Shown piece by piece: positions 15,388-25,056 of a DNA stretch of 35,935 bases. Numbering within the stretch: position 1 is the first letter of the stretch; each line of letters begins with the position of its first letter. The stretch is taken from NCBI GenBank assembly GCA_964584895.1, contig CAZPAW010000001.1, positions 1 to 35,935 of the forward strand, written 5' to 3'. Source of the DNA: an uncultured Candidatus Saccharibacteria bacterium. Its GTDB lineage: Bacteria > Patescibacteriota > Saccharimonadia > Saccharimonadales > JAGQNJ01. A program made the translations under genes and the position numbers. The notes beneath the pieces are model-generated. The model saw only the letters and a program-made list of their open reading frames with translations, made no database searches and was not told the DNA's origin.

Positions 15388-17190
15388 TTATGCACCTCCT
15401 GCGCCTGCCACCCTATTCACTTCATCAAGAGTAGTATAGCCAGCTAAAGCCTTCAGATAGCCGTCTTGTCTCATTGAAATCATACCTTGTGCTTCAGCAG
15501 CTTTTTGAATCTCTGCACTGGTCGAATGTTTGAGAATAAGGCTTTGGATATTGTCATCAATATCAAAAACCTCATACAAGCCCATTCTACCTTTATAACC
15601 ACCAGGTGCTTCAGGACTATCTATGCCCTTATACAAAGTATAAGCGCTTTGCCCTCTATCAGGCAAGCTTTTAAATCCAAGTTCTTTGGCTAACTTCTCC
15701 TTATCTTCCTTTTTCTCTGGCAAAATCGAATCAAGAGTATCGTGAATTGCCTGAATTTCAGACTCGCTGGCCTGATATGATTCACGCTCGCCTTCTGCAT
15801 TACCAATTCTTCGTACCAACCTTTGACCAATCACAGTCCTAACTGTTGAGGCTATCAAGAACGGCTCAATTCCCATATCGAGCAATCTAGGTAAGATACC
15901 AGCTGCAGAGTTTGTGTGGAGCGTAGAAAATACAAGATGCCCAGTTAAGGCGGCCTGAACAGCGAGCTGAGCCGTCTCTTTGTCTCTAATCTCACCCACC
16001 ATAATGATATTAGGGTCCTGGCGAAGAATCGACCGTAAACCATCTGCAAATGTTAAGCCAACATCATTATTTACCTGAATTTGGTTTACGCCTGGAATCT
16101 TATACTCAACCGGGTCTTCTAATGTAACTATATTGACTTGATCATTTTTTACTTCCTGAATTAAAGCATACATAGAGGTTGATTTTCCGGAGCCGGTTGG
16201 TCCTGAAGTTAGCACCATACCATTTGAATATTTAATTGCTTTCCTGATGCGACTCAAGGATCGACCCATATAACCCATATCTTCAAGCTTCAAGCTCGTG
16301 CCAGTTTTATCTAGTAAACGGATAACGACTTGTTCTCCCCACACAACCGGACTAATCGCAATACGCAAATCAATATCTCGACCACCAACCGCAACGCTAA
16401 ATTGCCCATCCTGAGGAATCCGATGTTCGTCAATCTTAAGACTAGACAAAATCTTAACACGCGACACCAAAGGCGCCTCGGTTGATTTTGGCAAACGCAT
16501 AATTTCCCGAAGCACACCATCTATCCTTGCTCGAATTCTGATCTCGTTCTGAAGTGGCTCGATGTGAACATCGCTAGCCCTGTTGTTAGCAGCGTACTCC
16601 AAGATGGCTGACAATGCTTTGCTAATTGGAGAATCTTGAACGACGCTTTCAATCTCTCTTTGAGATTTTGTGTTAGCTTGAGCTTCAGCTTGTTGAGAGG
16701 CCAATACTTCATCTTGCTTCAGATCTCTTGCTACGGATTGATCGATCTTTGAACGATACTGACCCAATACTCTACGAATACCTTCCTCGCTGGCAGCATA
16801 AACTTTTAAAGGTCGGCCAATTTTATTAGCTAAAAAATCAATCGCTTGGACATTATCAGCATCAAGCATTGCTACTACTAAGCGATGTTGCATTTCACCA
16901 AGCGGAACAGTCATATATGTCTCCGCTGTGTCTTGCGGTAAAAGAGCTAGGATTTCTGGATCAATTTTGGCATTACTTAAATTAACGTAGGGTACTTTTG
17001 TTACATTTGCTATTGTTTTAGTTAATACTTCGTTTGAAATTCCACCGTCTGTTACTAAGAGTTGCATAAAAGGCTGTTGTTGTTGACCAGCTTTTTCATG
17101 CAGTTTTTTTATCAATTCATCATCAATCAGACCACTGTCTTTGAGCGTTTGCTCGACTTGAGTTTGAATATCTTCAGATAAGACGCTCAT
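15388..17190 (-). CDS. pilB: Type IV pilus assembly (extension) ATPase, GspE/PilB family
   Basis: N-terminal GSPII_E_N-like domain, Walker A GPTGSGKSTS, LEDPVEY, RQDPNIIMVGEIRD, TGHLVFSTLHTN. 600 aa. Confidence 0.9.
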   Translation of the reverse strand: MSVLSEDIQTQVEQTLKDSGLIDDELIKKLHEKAGQQQQPFMQLLVTDGGISNEVLTKTIANVTKVPYVNLSNAKIDPEILALLPQDTAETYMTVPLGEMQHRLVVAMLDADNVQAIDFLANKIGRPLKVYAASEEGIRRVLGQYRSKIDQSVARDLKQDEVLASQQAEAQANTKSQREIESVVQDSPISKALSAILEYAANNRASDVHIEPLQNEIRIRARIDGVLREIMRLPKSTEAPLVSRVKILSSLKIDEHRIPQDGQFSVAVGGRDIDLRIAISPVVWGEQVVIRLLDKTGTSLKLEDMGYMGRSLSRIRKAIKYSNGMVLTSGPTGSGKSTSMYALIQEVKNDQVNIVTLEDPVEYKIPGVNQIQVNNDVGLTFADGLRSILRQDPNIIMVGEIRDKETAQLAVQAALTGHLVFSTLHTNSAAGILPRLLDMGIEPFLIASTVRTVIGQRLVRRIGNAEGERESYQASESEIQAIHDTLDSILPEKKEDKEKLAKELGFKSLPDRGQSAYTLYKGIDSPEAPGGYKGRMGLYEVFDIDDNIQSLILKHSTSAEIQKAAEAQGMISMRQDGYLKALAGYTTLDEVNRVAGAGGA

Positions 17191-17201
17191 CTAAACGCCC
17201 C

Positions 17202-17450
17202 CTAATCTGACGGTTGAAAAGGTTGTTGATTTTTATCCTCTCCAATGACAATTTCTTGCGTTGGGTTAATAGATTTTGAATTATAGTAACGCTTATCTGG
17301 CTCAGGAAATTCGTCAGTTATTGGCTCTACTACTTCAACCTTAGTACTAAGATCTTCGGGAGCTGTAAATAATTTATTTGACACAAAAAACGAAACAATA
17401 GCGCTTAATCCAACGACTAAAATAATCAGTGCAATGTCTTTTTGCTTCAT
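17202..17450 (-). CDS. Small single-TM protein (82 aa) in the position usually held by PilP
   Basis: N-terminal TM helix (IALIILVVGLSAIVSFFV), P/E-rich tail. Its start overlaps the pilO-like stop. Confidence 0.55.
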   Translation of the reverse strand: MKQKDIALIILVVGLSAIVSFFVSNKLFTAPEDLSTKVEVVEPITDEFPEPDKRYYNSKSINPTQEIVIGEDKNQQPFQPSD

Positions 17451-18109
17451 TTGACAACCTTCATTTCAGCTTTTAGTGTTTTTGCAGGCTGGTAATATGT
17501 CTTAGCTGTTGTTGTCGCCGTGAATTCAGAATTGGTTCCAGAATATTCAATTGCAGTAATGTGGATTGGTCGAATAGATCTGTTAAAAATGTCTGTTAAT
17601 TTAAAGATACTACCGTAGCTACCGGTGGCCGATAATTCAAAAGGCATTTCTATGACACTATCGTTGGTTTGAGTCTGTTGTGCAATCTCATCATCAGTAC
17701 CAGTAATACTATTAACTGAACTATTACTTTCTTTTACTAATTTTTCTAAGCTTGTTGTTAACGCTGGAAAGTCGTATTTACTTGGCAATGAATCTAGGGT
17801 TATTTTTGCGTTATCACCACCATTACTGAGCTTGCTGTCCGAAGAACCACCAATTACATTAGTAGGTCGCTCTACAAATGCTTTATATGCAGTTGTAAGC
17901 TCATCAACATTATCTATATTTGTTCTTAATTGATCGCGAGCAGCTTCTTTAGCGGATATTACTCGGTTTTGATAACTCATTCTCGTCCAAAGCGCCCTAG
18001 AAGCAACAAGTGCAAAAACTACCATAAAAGCAGAAATCGCAACAACAACAACAACGCTCGAATTGATTTGTTCTACCTGATTTCTTTTTTGTGATTTTTT
18101 ATTGGCCAT
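17447..18109 (-). CDS. PilO-like pilus alignment protein
   Basis: Basic N-terminus, one TM helix, coiled-coil, then a C-terminal alpha/beta region. Position between pilN and pilB. Confidence 0.6.
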   Translation of the reverse strand: MANKKSQKRNQVEQINSSVVVVVAISAFMVVFALVASRALWTRMSYQNRVISAKEAARDQLRTNIDNVDELTTAYKAFVERPTNVIGGSSDSKLSNGGDNAKITLDSLPSKYDFPALTTSLEKLVKESNSSVNSITGTDDEIAQQTQTNDSVIEMPFELSATGSYGSIFKLTDIFNRSIRPIHITAIEYSGTNSEFTATTTAKTYYQPAKTLKAEMKVVK

Positions 18110-18121
18110 AATTATTAATCC

Positions 18122-18817
18122 TTAATTAGTACTTTCCGTTTCCGAAGTCTCGGGCTGTGTCTGAAATAAATCTTCATCTGGTTTTTGGGTTTGTGATCTG
18201 GTCGAGATGATGCTTGGAATAATGAGTTTTATTTTTTTGGTGTTATCGAAAATTGTCGAATCGAACTTTAGATCAATTTGGAATGTTGTTTGCCCTTCCG
18301 TGACACTAAAGTTAACTAAAACTACTTCAGAAAATGCATTAGCCTCTTGCGTACTCTCATCTACTACGTACTTTGTGAACTTTAATGTATCAGCAAACTT
18401 ATTAACGGTCGCAAGACTGTCTGTAGTACCACTGATAGAGATAGTTTTTTCATCAAAATTTACGCTAACTTGCGAAACGCTGGCTTTTTGTGGTGTTACC
18501 TGACTAATAAAAGTTAGCGATCGATCAGTAGCCGGCTTATTTTCGTGTAATCCAGTTAATACCTTTAATTGGTTTTGGACAGTTAAGACTTTATCTATAT
18601 CTTCAATCTCTTCAAGTTTATTCGTGTTTTCTTCAATCTCTTTAGACAGATTAGATATATGTTTTTCCTGTAAGATATTTACATTAACAAACAATAATAC
18701 AAATACAAAAAAGCTGGCTGCTCCGACAATAATTGCACTAACAATTACTAGCCTTTTTGTCCTTCGTGCTTTAATGTATTCGAGTTTTACGTTCGGAAGT
18801 AGATTAAACTGTATCAT
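18122..18817 (-). CDS. PilN-like pilus alignment protein
   Basis: Conserved N-terminal FNLLPN motif (the PilM-binding INLLP peptide), then a TM helix and coiled-coil. ATGA-type overlap with pilM. Confidence 0.7.
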   Translation of the reverse strand: MIQFNLLPNVKLEYIKARRTKRLVIVSAIIVGAASFFVFVLLFVNVNILQEKHISNLSKEIEENTNKLEEIEDIDKVLTVQNQLKVLTGLHENKPATDRSLTFISQVTPQKASVSQVSVNFDEKTISISGTTDSLATVNKFADTLKFTKYVVDESTQEANAFSEVVLVNFSVTEGQTTFQIDLKFDSTIFDNTKKIKLIIPSIISTRSQTQKPDEDLFQTQPETSETESTN

Positions 18818-19854
18818 ACTTTTCTCTCCGCTAATCCGACTGCTACACCAAATTTACTAGATATCGCCATTAATTCGTTTGTTTTGCTTTGAGGATAGTT
18901 GACGTTACGCCAAGTATTACCGATTTCTACATTTAAGCCTGTCTGATTGGCTATAAACTTCGGTAAATCAGGCATGGTTGCCGCGGTGCCGGTTACGATA
19001 ATACGTTCAGGCGAGGCACCATTATACCTAGCGTTAAAGAACTTAATTGATTTTTGAATATCGTTCATAATTATCTCTACAGTCCCAAGGATTGCGTTAT
19101 AGACTTGACCTTCAATTTTATCTTGGCTAAGACCAAACTTGAACACAAATTGCTCTGCTTGTTTTGCATCGATACTCAAATTTTGTGATGCTGATCGGAG
19201 AATTGCTTCAGATCCAGTCGGGATAGACCGAGTCAAACGAGGCGAACCATTCATTACAATAACTATATCTGTAGTTTTATTGCCAATATCAAGCACCATC
19301 TGAGGATTAACAGCATCCGGAGCTAATAACGCTCTAGTCATCGCGAGATTATCAGGCTCAAAGGCAATTACGTTAAGTCCAATTGATTCCAGCATGTCTA
19401 ATTGTTTCTCTACGAATTCATTGGTTACGCTTGTAAGTAATATTTCTTGTTTTGTTTTATCCTTTGGGGAATTACCTACAATTGCCCAGTCTAACTTAGA
19501 CTCGGCTATAGGAGTTGGCACAATTGAATCAGCTTGATAATGAATCGCGTTAGCTAATTCGTTCGGTGGCAATCTATCGATATCGACGATTGTCGTAAAT
19601 ACTTTATTTGAAGGAAGGCCAACCGCTACATTACGAGTGTTTATTTGCGCTGTACTGATTAGTTCTTTTATGGCCTGTGCTACTTTTTGTTGATCAGCAT
19701 TAGAATCGCTCGTTGCAACCGAACTATCAATATCAACGTGTGCATACTTTACTAGCTGTTTTACTGGGCCGCCTCCATTTAACTTGACTATTCGAATAGC
19801 TGTAGTGCCAAGGTCGAGCCCAAAAAAATCATTATCACCAAGCAGAAAACTCAT
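18814..19854 (-). CDS. pilM: Type IV pilus assembly protein PilM (actin-like ATPase fold)
   Basis: FFGLDLGTTAIRIV phosphate-1 motif, VLDIGNKTTDIVI, IIVTGTAA. 346 aa. Confidence 0.85.
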   Translation of the reverse strand: MSFLLGDNDFFGLDLGTTAIRIVKLNGGGPVKQLVKYAHVDIDSSVATSDSNADQQKVAQAIKELISTAQINTRNVAVGLPSNKVFTTIVDIDRLPPNELANAIHYQADSIVPTPIAESKLDWAIVGNSPKDKTKQEILLTSVTNEFVEKQLDMLESIGLNVIAFEPDNLAMTRALLAPDAVNPQMVLDIGNKTTDIVIVMNGSPRLTRSIPTGSEAILRSASQNLSIDAKQAEQFVFKFGLSQDKIEGQVYNAILGTVEIIMNDIQKSIKFFNARYNGASPERIIVTGTAATMPDLPKFIANQTGLNVEIGNTWRNVNYPQSKTNELMAISSKFGVAVGLAERKV

Positions 19855-19970
19855 CGGGTATTTTCCTTATTGATGGTCATAATTTTGATATTAGTAATTT
19901 TCATGTTTTATGCCTATCTGATCTTGCATATCCCACCAAGAGAAAACTACAAAGATCATACTTAAGCATA

Positions 19971-20001
19971 ATTATAGCATAAGCATTAGCCCGTAGCGCA
20001 A
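19971..20001 (-). promoter_or_regulatory. Candidate promoter of pilM: extended -10 TGCTATAAT with TTGCGC as -35
   Basis: On the minus strand, TTGCGC (19996-20001), a 19-nt spacer, then TGC-TATAAT (19971-19979). Located between the stop of the 1023-aa gene and pilM. Confidence 0.45.
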
Positions 20002-20006
20002 CCCTT

Positions 20007-23000
20007 TTACAATACTGGTGGCAAACTCTTTATATAGTCGTATTTCTGGTAAGGAGCTGATGTTTCAAGTCTTGAATTAAGGGGTGTCAAATAAGCCTCA
20101 GGACTAAAGTTAATGACTTCTGCGATATTGTCGGAGTCTGCGCCTTCATTTGGCTGTGCTGGAGTGCACTCTAGTTCTGCTGGTAGTTTAGGATCACAAG
20201 TTAACGAACCCTTTGTTCTATGGAATATTACGTTTTTGGCAATTATTGAGCCATTAACAACCAGTTGTTTATTGCAGTTTTGTAGGAGTTCAGAAACACG
20301 GTAAGGTGCGCTGGATTGTGCGCAAGTATAAAAGAGGCCGCCATCACGAGGGTTGTTGTTTCTGTTTTGTCTTGTTGGTTGAGCTACAAATATACCATCT
20401 AATCTCGTTACGTCTTTATCGACTCTAATATTGCCTTTTACTACTACAGTAACGTTAGGTATTTGTGATACATTGGCCCACTCGGTATTCTGGTATTCGA
20501 CATTTTTATCGATGAACAAATCACCATCAACAACAAGTAACTTTCGTTCTCCATTTTTAATCGGCTCGGTATAACTAGGAGCGATATTACTTAGAGTGCC
20601 TCCTGATACTTCATCGGCTCCGGCATCTTTAACATCGTTATAATAATCTGGTATACACATTAGTATCCCGCTGTCACCACCCCAGCTTTTAACACGAGTG
20701 TTAGCCCGCTCGTACCAACCTGGATATTGACTAGATTCGAGTCGACCGGCATTAAGCTTTTGAAATAAACTATAGTGATTACCGAAGGTTAAGTTGTTAG
20801 GTTTTGAAGAATTAGAAAAGTTCCCGCCGGGTTTTGGGATTTCTTTCGATCTTAAATTGTCGCTAAAAAAGCCTTCGATAACACCGGGGTCATCATTTTC
20901 TCTACCTCCAACTACACCTGGTGTATAATCAAAAACACCTAACTGTCCGGAAGATCCAGTATGAACCCGCTTGCCATCAATGATGACGCTAGCCGTTACT
21001 GATTTAATGCCAGAGCTATAGTTATCATTATTACACTGTAATTCGCCATTCTCATCTTTCTCGCCAAACACACTGCCGACTATTACATCGTTGCCGTATA
21101 CCCGCATATAAGGTGATACTGTAGGCGACAAAGGCTGCAGCTGAACACAATTACCATTTGAGTCTAATACATATCCATCCGGAACTCTGTCTTGAATACC
21201 ATCGATATTTGGACATACGTCAGTCGGACCTCCGGGTACATTTACTGTATCTGAACAAGTTACTGATCTAGGCGGACTAAAATTATTGTTTGTGAATGTG
21301 CCCGTATAAGTCTGCGGGAAACTAGTGACATTATTGATTACTGTTGTACCACTTTTGCCTGAACCACCCCAACTTAGTGATTGTGATTGATTATGATCGC
21401 TAGACCAACTGATAGTCACGGAATATTGAAGAGTATTAGGATCTCTTGACACACTCGCATTAACAGAGCAAGTAGGCTCAACGGGGTTATTTCCTCCTGG
21501 ATTTCCTGGATTCCCTGGATTATTGTTTGGCGGCGGTGGATTATATTGTCTATCCAAATAAACATACCTTTGCCAGACGTGGTATGTATTTGTATCACTT
21601 GGCGCCCATGTACTCGTAAGGTCAGCGGTCACAGAGTAGCCTGAAGGTAAATCATATGATGAACTAGGTGGCGATCCCCAGCAAGTTCCGGTAATAGATG
21701 CATAGCCATTACCCCAGGCTGCAGCCCCTCCAGGGAGGCATACATTCGATGATTGCCTGATTGCTACTAATGCATCGCTACTAGCTCCAGTTGGGAAGAC
21801 TAGAGCAATCGAAGCCTGAATCACATGAGCGCCACACCCACCTGGTACTCCTGACTGCGCTTTAGCTGTTTGCGGAGTCACTAGTTGTGATAAAAGATTA
21901 GGAGACTTCTTATCTTGGCTCTGCAATGATTTTGATATTTTATTCTCTTTCGGGATTGATGCTTCTTTATACTGATTCAAGAATTCTTCCCAAGTGGAAT
22001 AATCACCTCCTGACTTCTTTTCTAGCCTTGCAATCATATATCTGCCCGTTTTTGAAGCAAACACACCTGTATGATCGCCAACATTTTTTAACTTGGCAAT
22101 TTCTTCATTTGTATTTTTTAAATCTTCAATTAAGATACCGTAATCAACATTCTTTAAGTCATAGAAAGACTCATTGAGTTTGCCTGATTTTTGCATTGTT
22201 GCAATATCATTATATTTAGGATTACTAACATATGATGATGAATAGTTCTCCATATAACCCGCAGTGGTTACTACCTTTTTTATAAAAAGCTTGTATATGT
22301 CATCTGGTTCTTTCTGGCTATCGACATAATTGACATCTGCTTTTTTAGCAATTTCATCTTTAGTGAGTTTTTGTTGAAATAGTGGCAACAACTCTTTTTC
22401 TAATCTTTGTTTAGCCTGATCATGATAAGTCTTTAGCTTGTCGCTGTCTTTTTCCAGACTAAAAAAGGGTGCGTCAAAATTAACCGCTGTATGAAATATT
22501 GATTTTTTTGCCAAAAGATCAGCGGTCAATTTTTTCCTTAATTGAAGGTTTTCGTCAACCGTATAGATAAAATAACCAGACCCATCATATGACTTCCAAG
22601 ACTCTACAGTCGCTTGATAATCCTCAGTAGTTTTTGGAATATTATAAATTTTTCTAAGCTCGGCTTCCGTCAATGATTTATTCCGATCTTTTGCTTCTTT
22701 TACTAACGCAGCATTCATCACTAAATCATCGATAGCTATCTCTATTGGAGACTGATCGAATTTTAAATCAGGATTTTCCTTCTTGTAGTTCTCTATACTC
22801 CGAACATACCTATCAATGTCCGCTTTTGTAATTGTAGTGTCGCCGATTACTATGTCTTTAAAAACTTGTTTTTCAGATGTCTTATAAAAATTGAGGAAGC
22901 CAAGATAAGCTAATCCCAATAACGATACGACCAGTAAACCGATTATTACTTTTTTATTTTTAAAAAAGTTTTTTTTGCCAACATCCCCGACAACAACCTC

Positions 23001-23078
23001 AGAACTATCCGTCGATGGACTGCTCAAGTGGTCTGTGTCCCTATTTTCTTGATTTTGAGTTTGATTTAATTTATTCAT
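20007..23078 (-). CDS. Large membrane-anchored chimeric protein: PpiD/SurA/PrsA-like chaperone-type N-terminal half plus a Cys-rich extracellular C-terminal half of unknown function
   Basis: TM helix at aa 44-64. Aa 70-375 resemble SurA_N/PpiD-type regions (IVIGDTTITKADIDRYV..., GVFASKTGRYMIARLEK). PPPPNNNPGNPGNPGGNNP linker at aa 513-533. CPNIDGIQDRVPDGYVLDSNGNC motif at aa 622-644. All 13 Cys lie after aa 414. Confidence 0.6.
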   Translation of the reverse strand: MNKLNQTQNQENRDTDHLSSPSTDSSEVVVGDVGKKNFFKNKKVIIGLLVVSLLGLAYLGFLNFYKTSEKQVFKDIVIGDTTITKADIDRYVRSIENYKKENPDLKFDQSPIEIAIDDLVMNAALVKEAKDRNKSLTEAELRKIYNIPKTTEDYQATVESWKSYDGSGYFIYTVDENLQLRKKLTADLLAKKSIFHTAVNFDAPFFSLEKDSDKLKTYHDQAKQRLEKELLPLFQQKLTKDEIAKKADVNYVDSQKEPDDIYKLFIKKVVTTAGYMENYSSSYVSNPKYNDIATMQKSGKLNESFYDLKNVDYGILIEDLKNTNEEIAKLKNVGDHTGVFASKTGRYMIARLEKKSGGDYSTWEEFLNQYKEASIPKENKISKSLQSQDKKSPNLLSQLVTPQTAKAQSGVPGGCGAHVIQASIALVFPTGASSDALVAIRQSSNVCLPGGAAAWGNGYASITGTCWGSPPSSSYDLPSGYSVTADLTSTWAPSDTNTYHVWQRYVYLDRQYNPPPPNNNPGNPGNPGGNNPVEPTCSVNASVSRDPNTLQYSVTISWSSDHNQSQSLSWGGSGKSGTTVINNVTSFPQTYTGTFTNNNFSPPRSVTCSDTVNVPGGPTDVCPNIDGIQDRVPDGYVLDSNGNCVQLQPLSPTVSPYMRVYGNDVIVGSVFGEKDENGELQCNNDNYSSGIKSVTASVIIDGKRVHTGSSGQLGVFDYTPGVVGGRENDDPGVIEGFFSDNLRSKEIPKPGGNFSNSSKPNNLTFGNHYSLFQKLNAGRLESSQYPGWYERANTRVKSWGGDSGILMCIPDYYNDVKDAGADEVSGGTLSNIAPSYTEPIKNGERKLLVVDGDLFIDKNVEYQNTEWANVSQIPNVTVVVKGNIRVDKDVTRLDGIFVAQPTRQNRNNNPRDGGLFYTCAQSSAPYRVSELLQNCNKQLVVNGSIIAKNVIFHRTKGSLTCDPKLPAELECTPAQPNEGADSDNIAEVINFSPEAYLTPLNSRLETSAPYQKYDYIKSLPPVL

Positions 23079-23256
23079 ACCTTAATACGCATTTATTAAA
23101 ATAATAATACACCATCCATGCTTATGGTTAAAGCATTTTACTAACTTTATCAATAATTGATAGACTATTCGACTGTGGTTGACTGTATAGTCCTAATCTA
23201 TTAATTACCCAATAAAACGATATGTTTAATTAATTGCCTCTGTTAAAATATACATT

Positions 23257-24333
23257 ATGTCATTATCAATCGGAATTGTCGGTCTGCCCAATGTAGGCAA
23301 ATCTACTCTATTCAATGCTCTTACTAATAATAATGTGTTAGCGGCCAATTATCCTTTTGCGACGATTGAGCCTAACAGCGGTATTGTCCCAATACCAGAC
23401 AAAAGACTGACTGAATTGAGCAAACTATATAATAACGCGCCAATAAAGCCTGCAACGGTGACATTTGTTGATATTGCCGGATTAGTAGCAGGAGCTAGTC
23501 AAGGCGAGGGTCTAGGCAATCAGTTTTTATCGCACATTAGATCAACCAACGCCATTTGCCATGTCGTCAGAGCTTTTGCCGATACTAATATTACCCATGT
23601 AGATAATCAGCACGACCCAAAAAAAAATATTGATGTAATCAATACCGAATTAGTACTAGCCGATCTACAAACTGTCGAGCATAGACTGCCAAAATTACAA
23701 AAGGAAGCGAAATCAAATCCAAAGTTAAAAACCTCAGTAATTGAGTTAGAACGAATACATAATTTACTCAATGCTGGTACACCATTGTTCTCTGTTAGCG
23801 ATATCAATCATACTTTGATATCAGATCTTCATTTATTAACTGCAAAGCCAACAATCTATGTGTTTAACGTTGATGAAGACGGACTGGTTAATCTTAATCA
23901 TCAAGAGGAGCTGCGTAAACTCGTGGCACCAGCAAAATCATTATTTGTCTGTGCAGAGCTTGAAAGTCAATTAAATGATTTAGACGAAAATGATGCTTCT
24001 GAACTATTAGATAGTTACGGACAGTTGGATTCGGGCTTAACAAAACTAATCCACACGGCCTATGACGTACTAGGACTCCAGAGTTACCTAACCGCCGGAG
24101 AAAAAGAAGTAAGGTCATGGACAATAAAAAAGGGATCAACTGCCCCACAAGCTGCGGGGGTAATACACGGCGACTTTAAACGTGGTTTTATCGCTGCCGA
24201 GATAATAGATTACCAAGATCTAATTGATGCTGGCTCTATAGCATCTGCTAGATCATTAGGCAAAGTCAGGACTGAAGGCAAAGACTACATTATGCAACCA
24301 AATGACGTTGTAGATTTTAGGTTTAACGTATAG
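23257..24333 (+). CDS. ychF: Ribosome-binding ATPase YchF (Obg-family)
   Basis: IGIVGLPNVGKSTLFNALT, DIAGLV, C-terminal TGS-like region RSWTIKKGSTAPQAAGVIHGDFKRGFI. Confidence 0.92.
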   Translation: MSLSIGIVGLPNVGKSTLFNALTNNNVLAANYPFATIEPNSGIVPIPDKRLTELSKLYNNAPIKPATVTFVDIAGLVAGASQGEGLGNQFLSHIRSTNAICHVVRAFADTNITHVDNQHDPKKNIDVINTELVLADLQTVEHRLPKLQKEAKSNPKLKTSVIELERIHNLLNAGTPLFSVSDINHTLISDLHLLTAKPTIYVFNVDEDGLVNLNHQEELRKLVAPAKSLFVCAELESQLNDLDENDASELLDSYGQLDSGLTKLIHTAYDVLGLQSYLTAGEKEVRSWTIKKGSTAPQAAGVIHGDFKRGFIAAEIIDYQDLIDAGSIASARSLGKVRTEGKDYIMQPNDVVDFRFNV

Positions 24334-24337
24334 TTAA

Positions 24338-24934
24338 TTAATACTTGGAGAGTTGTTTTCTGACAGTCAAAGTTGATTGAATGTACGGATGTATTGCTTT
24401 TGGGATGGATATCAACGTTTCGGTATTATCTATATTCTTACTTATATAGCCGTTGGTTACTTGAGTCTGGGTTGGTATCCCCGGTATCGCAGCACCAAGT
24501 CTTTGACTATTATCAGCTATTACCGCATGTTGCATATCATGTTGCTGCCTATATTCTAGTACCCTACTTTGAACATAGCTGGTCATATTACGTAGTTGAT
24601 CCTTCTTATATGCCCGAAAAGTTAGTTTTTTATTAGGCATGATCATTTTTACCTGCCCACTAAACATTTGGTAGCCATAATCTACTTCCATAATCATATC
24701 GTATCGAATATCCTCAAGCATTAAAAAGAAAGGTTTTTTGTCAACCAACAAGACTCGCAGATTAGTAACGCAAAGCAGTGCTAACCCACCCTCATACCTA
24801 ATGTTAAGACAATGCTTTATTTGCTCGCCATCTACTAATATTTTTGGAAGTTCACGAAGAGCTGGCCTACCTATGAAACGAATATAAGAACCAACACTAA
24901 TTAGCTCTCGATCAATATCTTTTAGGTCTCTCAT
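24338..24934 (-). CDS. Bacterial PH-domain (YokE/bPH-like) protein
   Basis: LPKILVDGEQIKHCL...GGLALLCVTNLRVLLVDKK...IRYDMIMEVDY pattern typical of bacterial pleckstrin-homology domains. The C-terminal 70 aa are unassigned. Confidence 0.5.
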   Translation of the reverse strand: MRDLKDIDRELISVGSYIRFIGRPALRELPKILVDGEQIKHCLNIRYEGGLALLCVTNLRVLLVDKKPFFLMLEDIRYDMIMEVDYGYQMFSGQVKMIMPNKKLTFRAYKKDQLRNMTSYVQSRVLEYRQQHDMQHAVIADNSQRLGAAIPGIPTQTQVTNGYISKNIDNTETLISIPKAIHPYIQSTLTVRKQLSKY

Positions 24935-25056
24935 ATCCGCACCTCCTTTGATTAATGAAGTACACTATCAGTCTACGTCAAGCAGAAATTACTGTCTGTT
25001 AACCTTATTCCTATAAAAATGAGATTAATATCACAAAAGATGACTAACGATGAGCG

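Noticed and set aside
15487-16712. Short ORFs 15487..15693 (+), 16311..16520 (-) and 16521..16712 (-) within pilB, and 11577..11798 within pilD
   Set aside because: They are antisense or alternative-frame shadows inside strongly supported ATPase and peptidase genes.
18207-18860. Plus-strand ORFs 18207..18503 and 18624..18860, and 21926..22177, 23607..24148, 24373..24636, 28965..29594, 31577..33474 and 33727..33960
   Set aside because: All are embedded antisense in, or out of frame with, longer genes that have clear family motifs. None has its own SD or a recognisable domain.
8512-23078. The missing PilQ secretin as evidence of an incomplete or decayed pilus locus
   Set aside because: All other components are intact with coupled starts. 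Absence of a secretin is the expected state for monoderm-like CPR envelopes, not a sign of decay.
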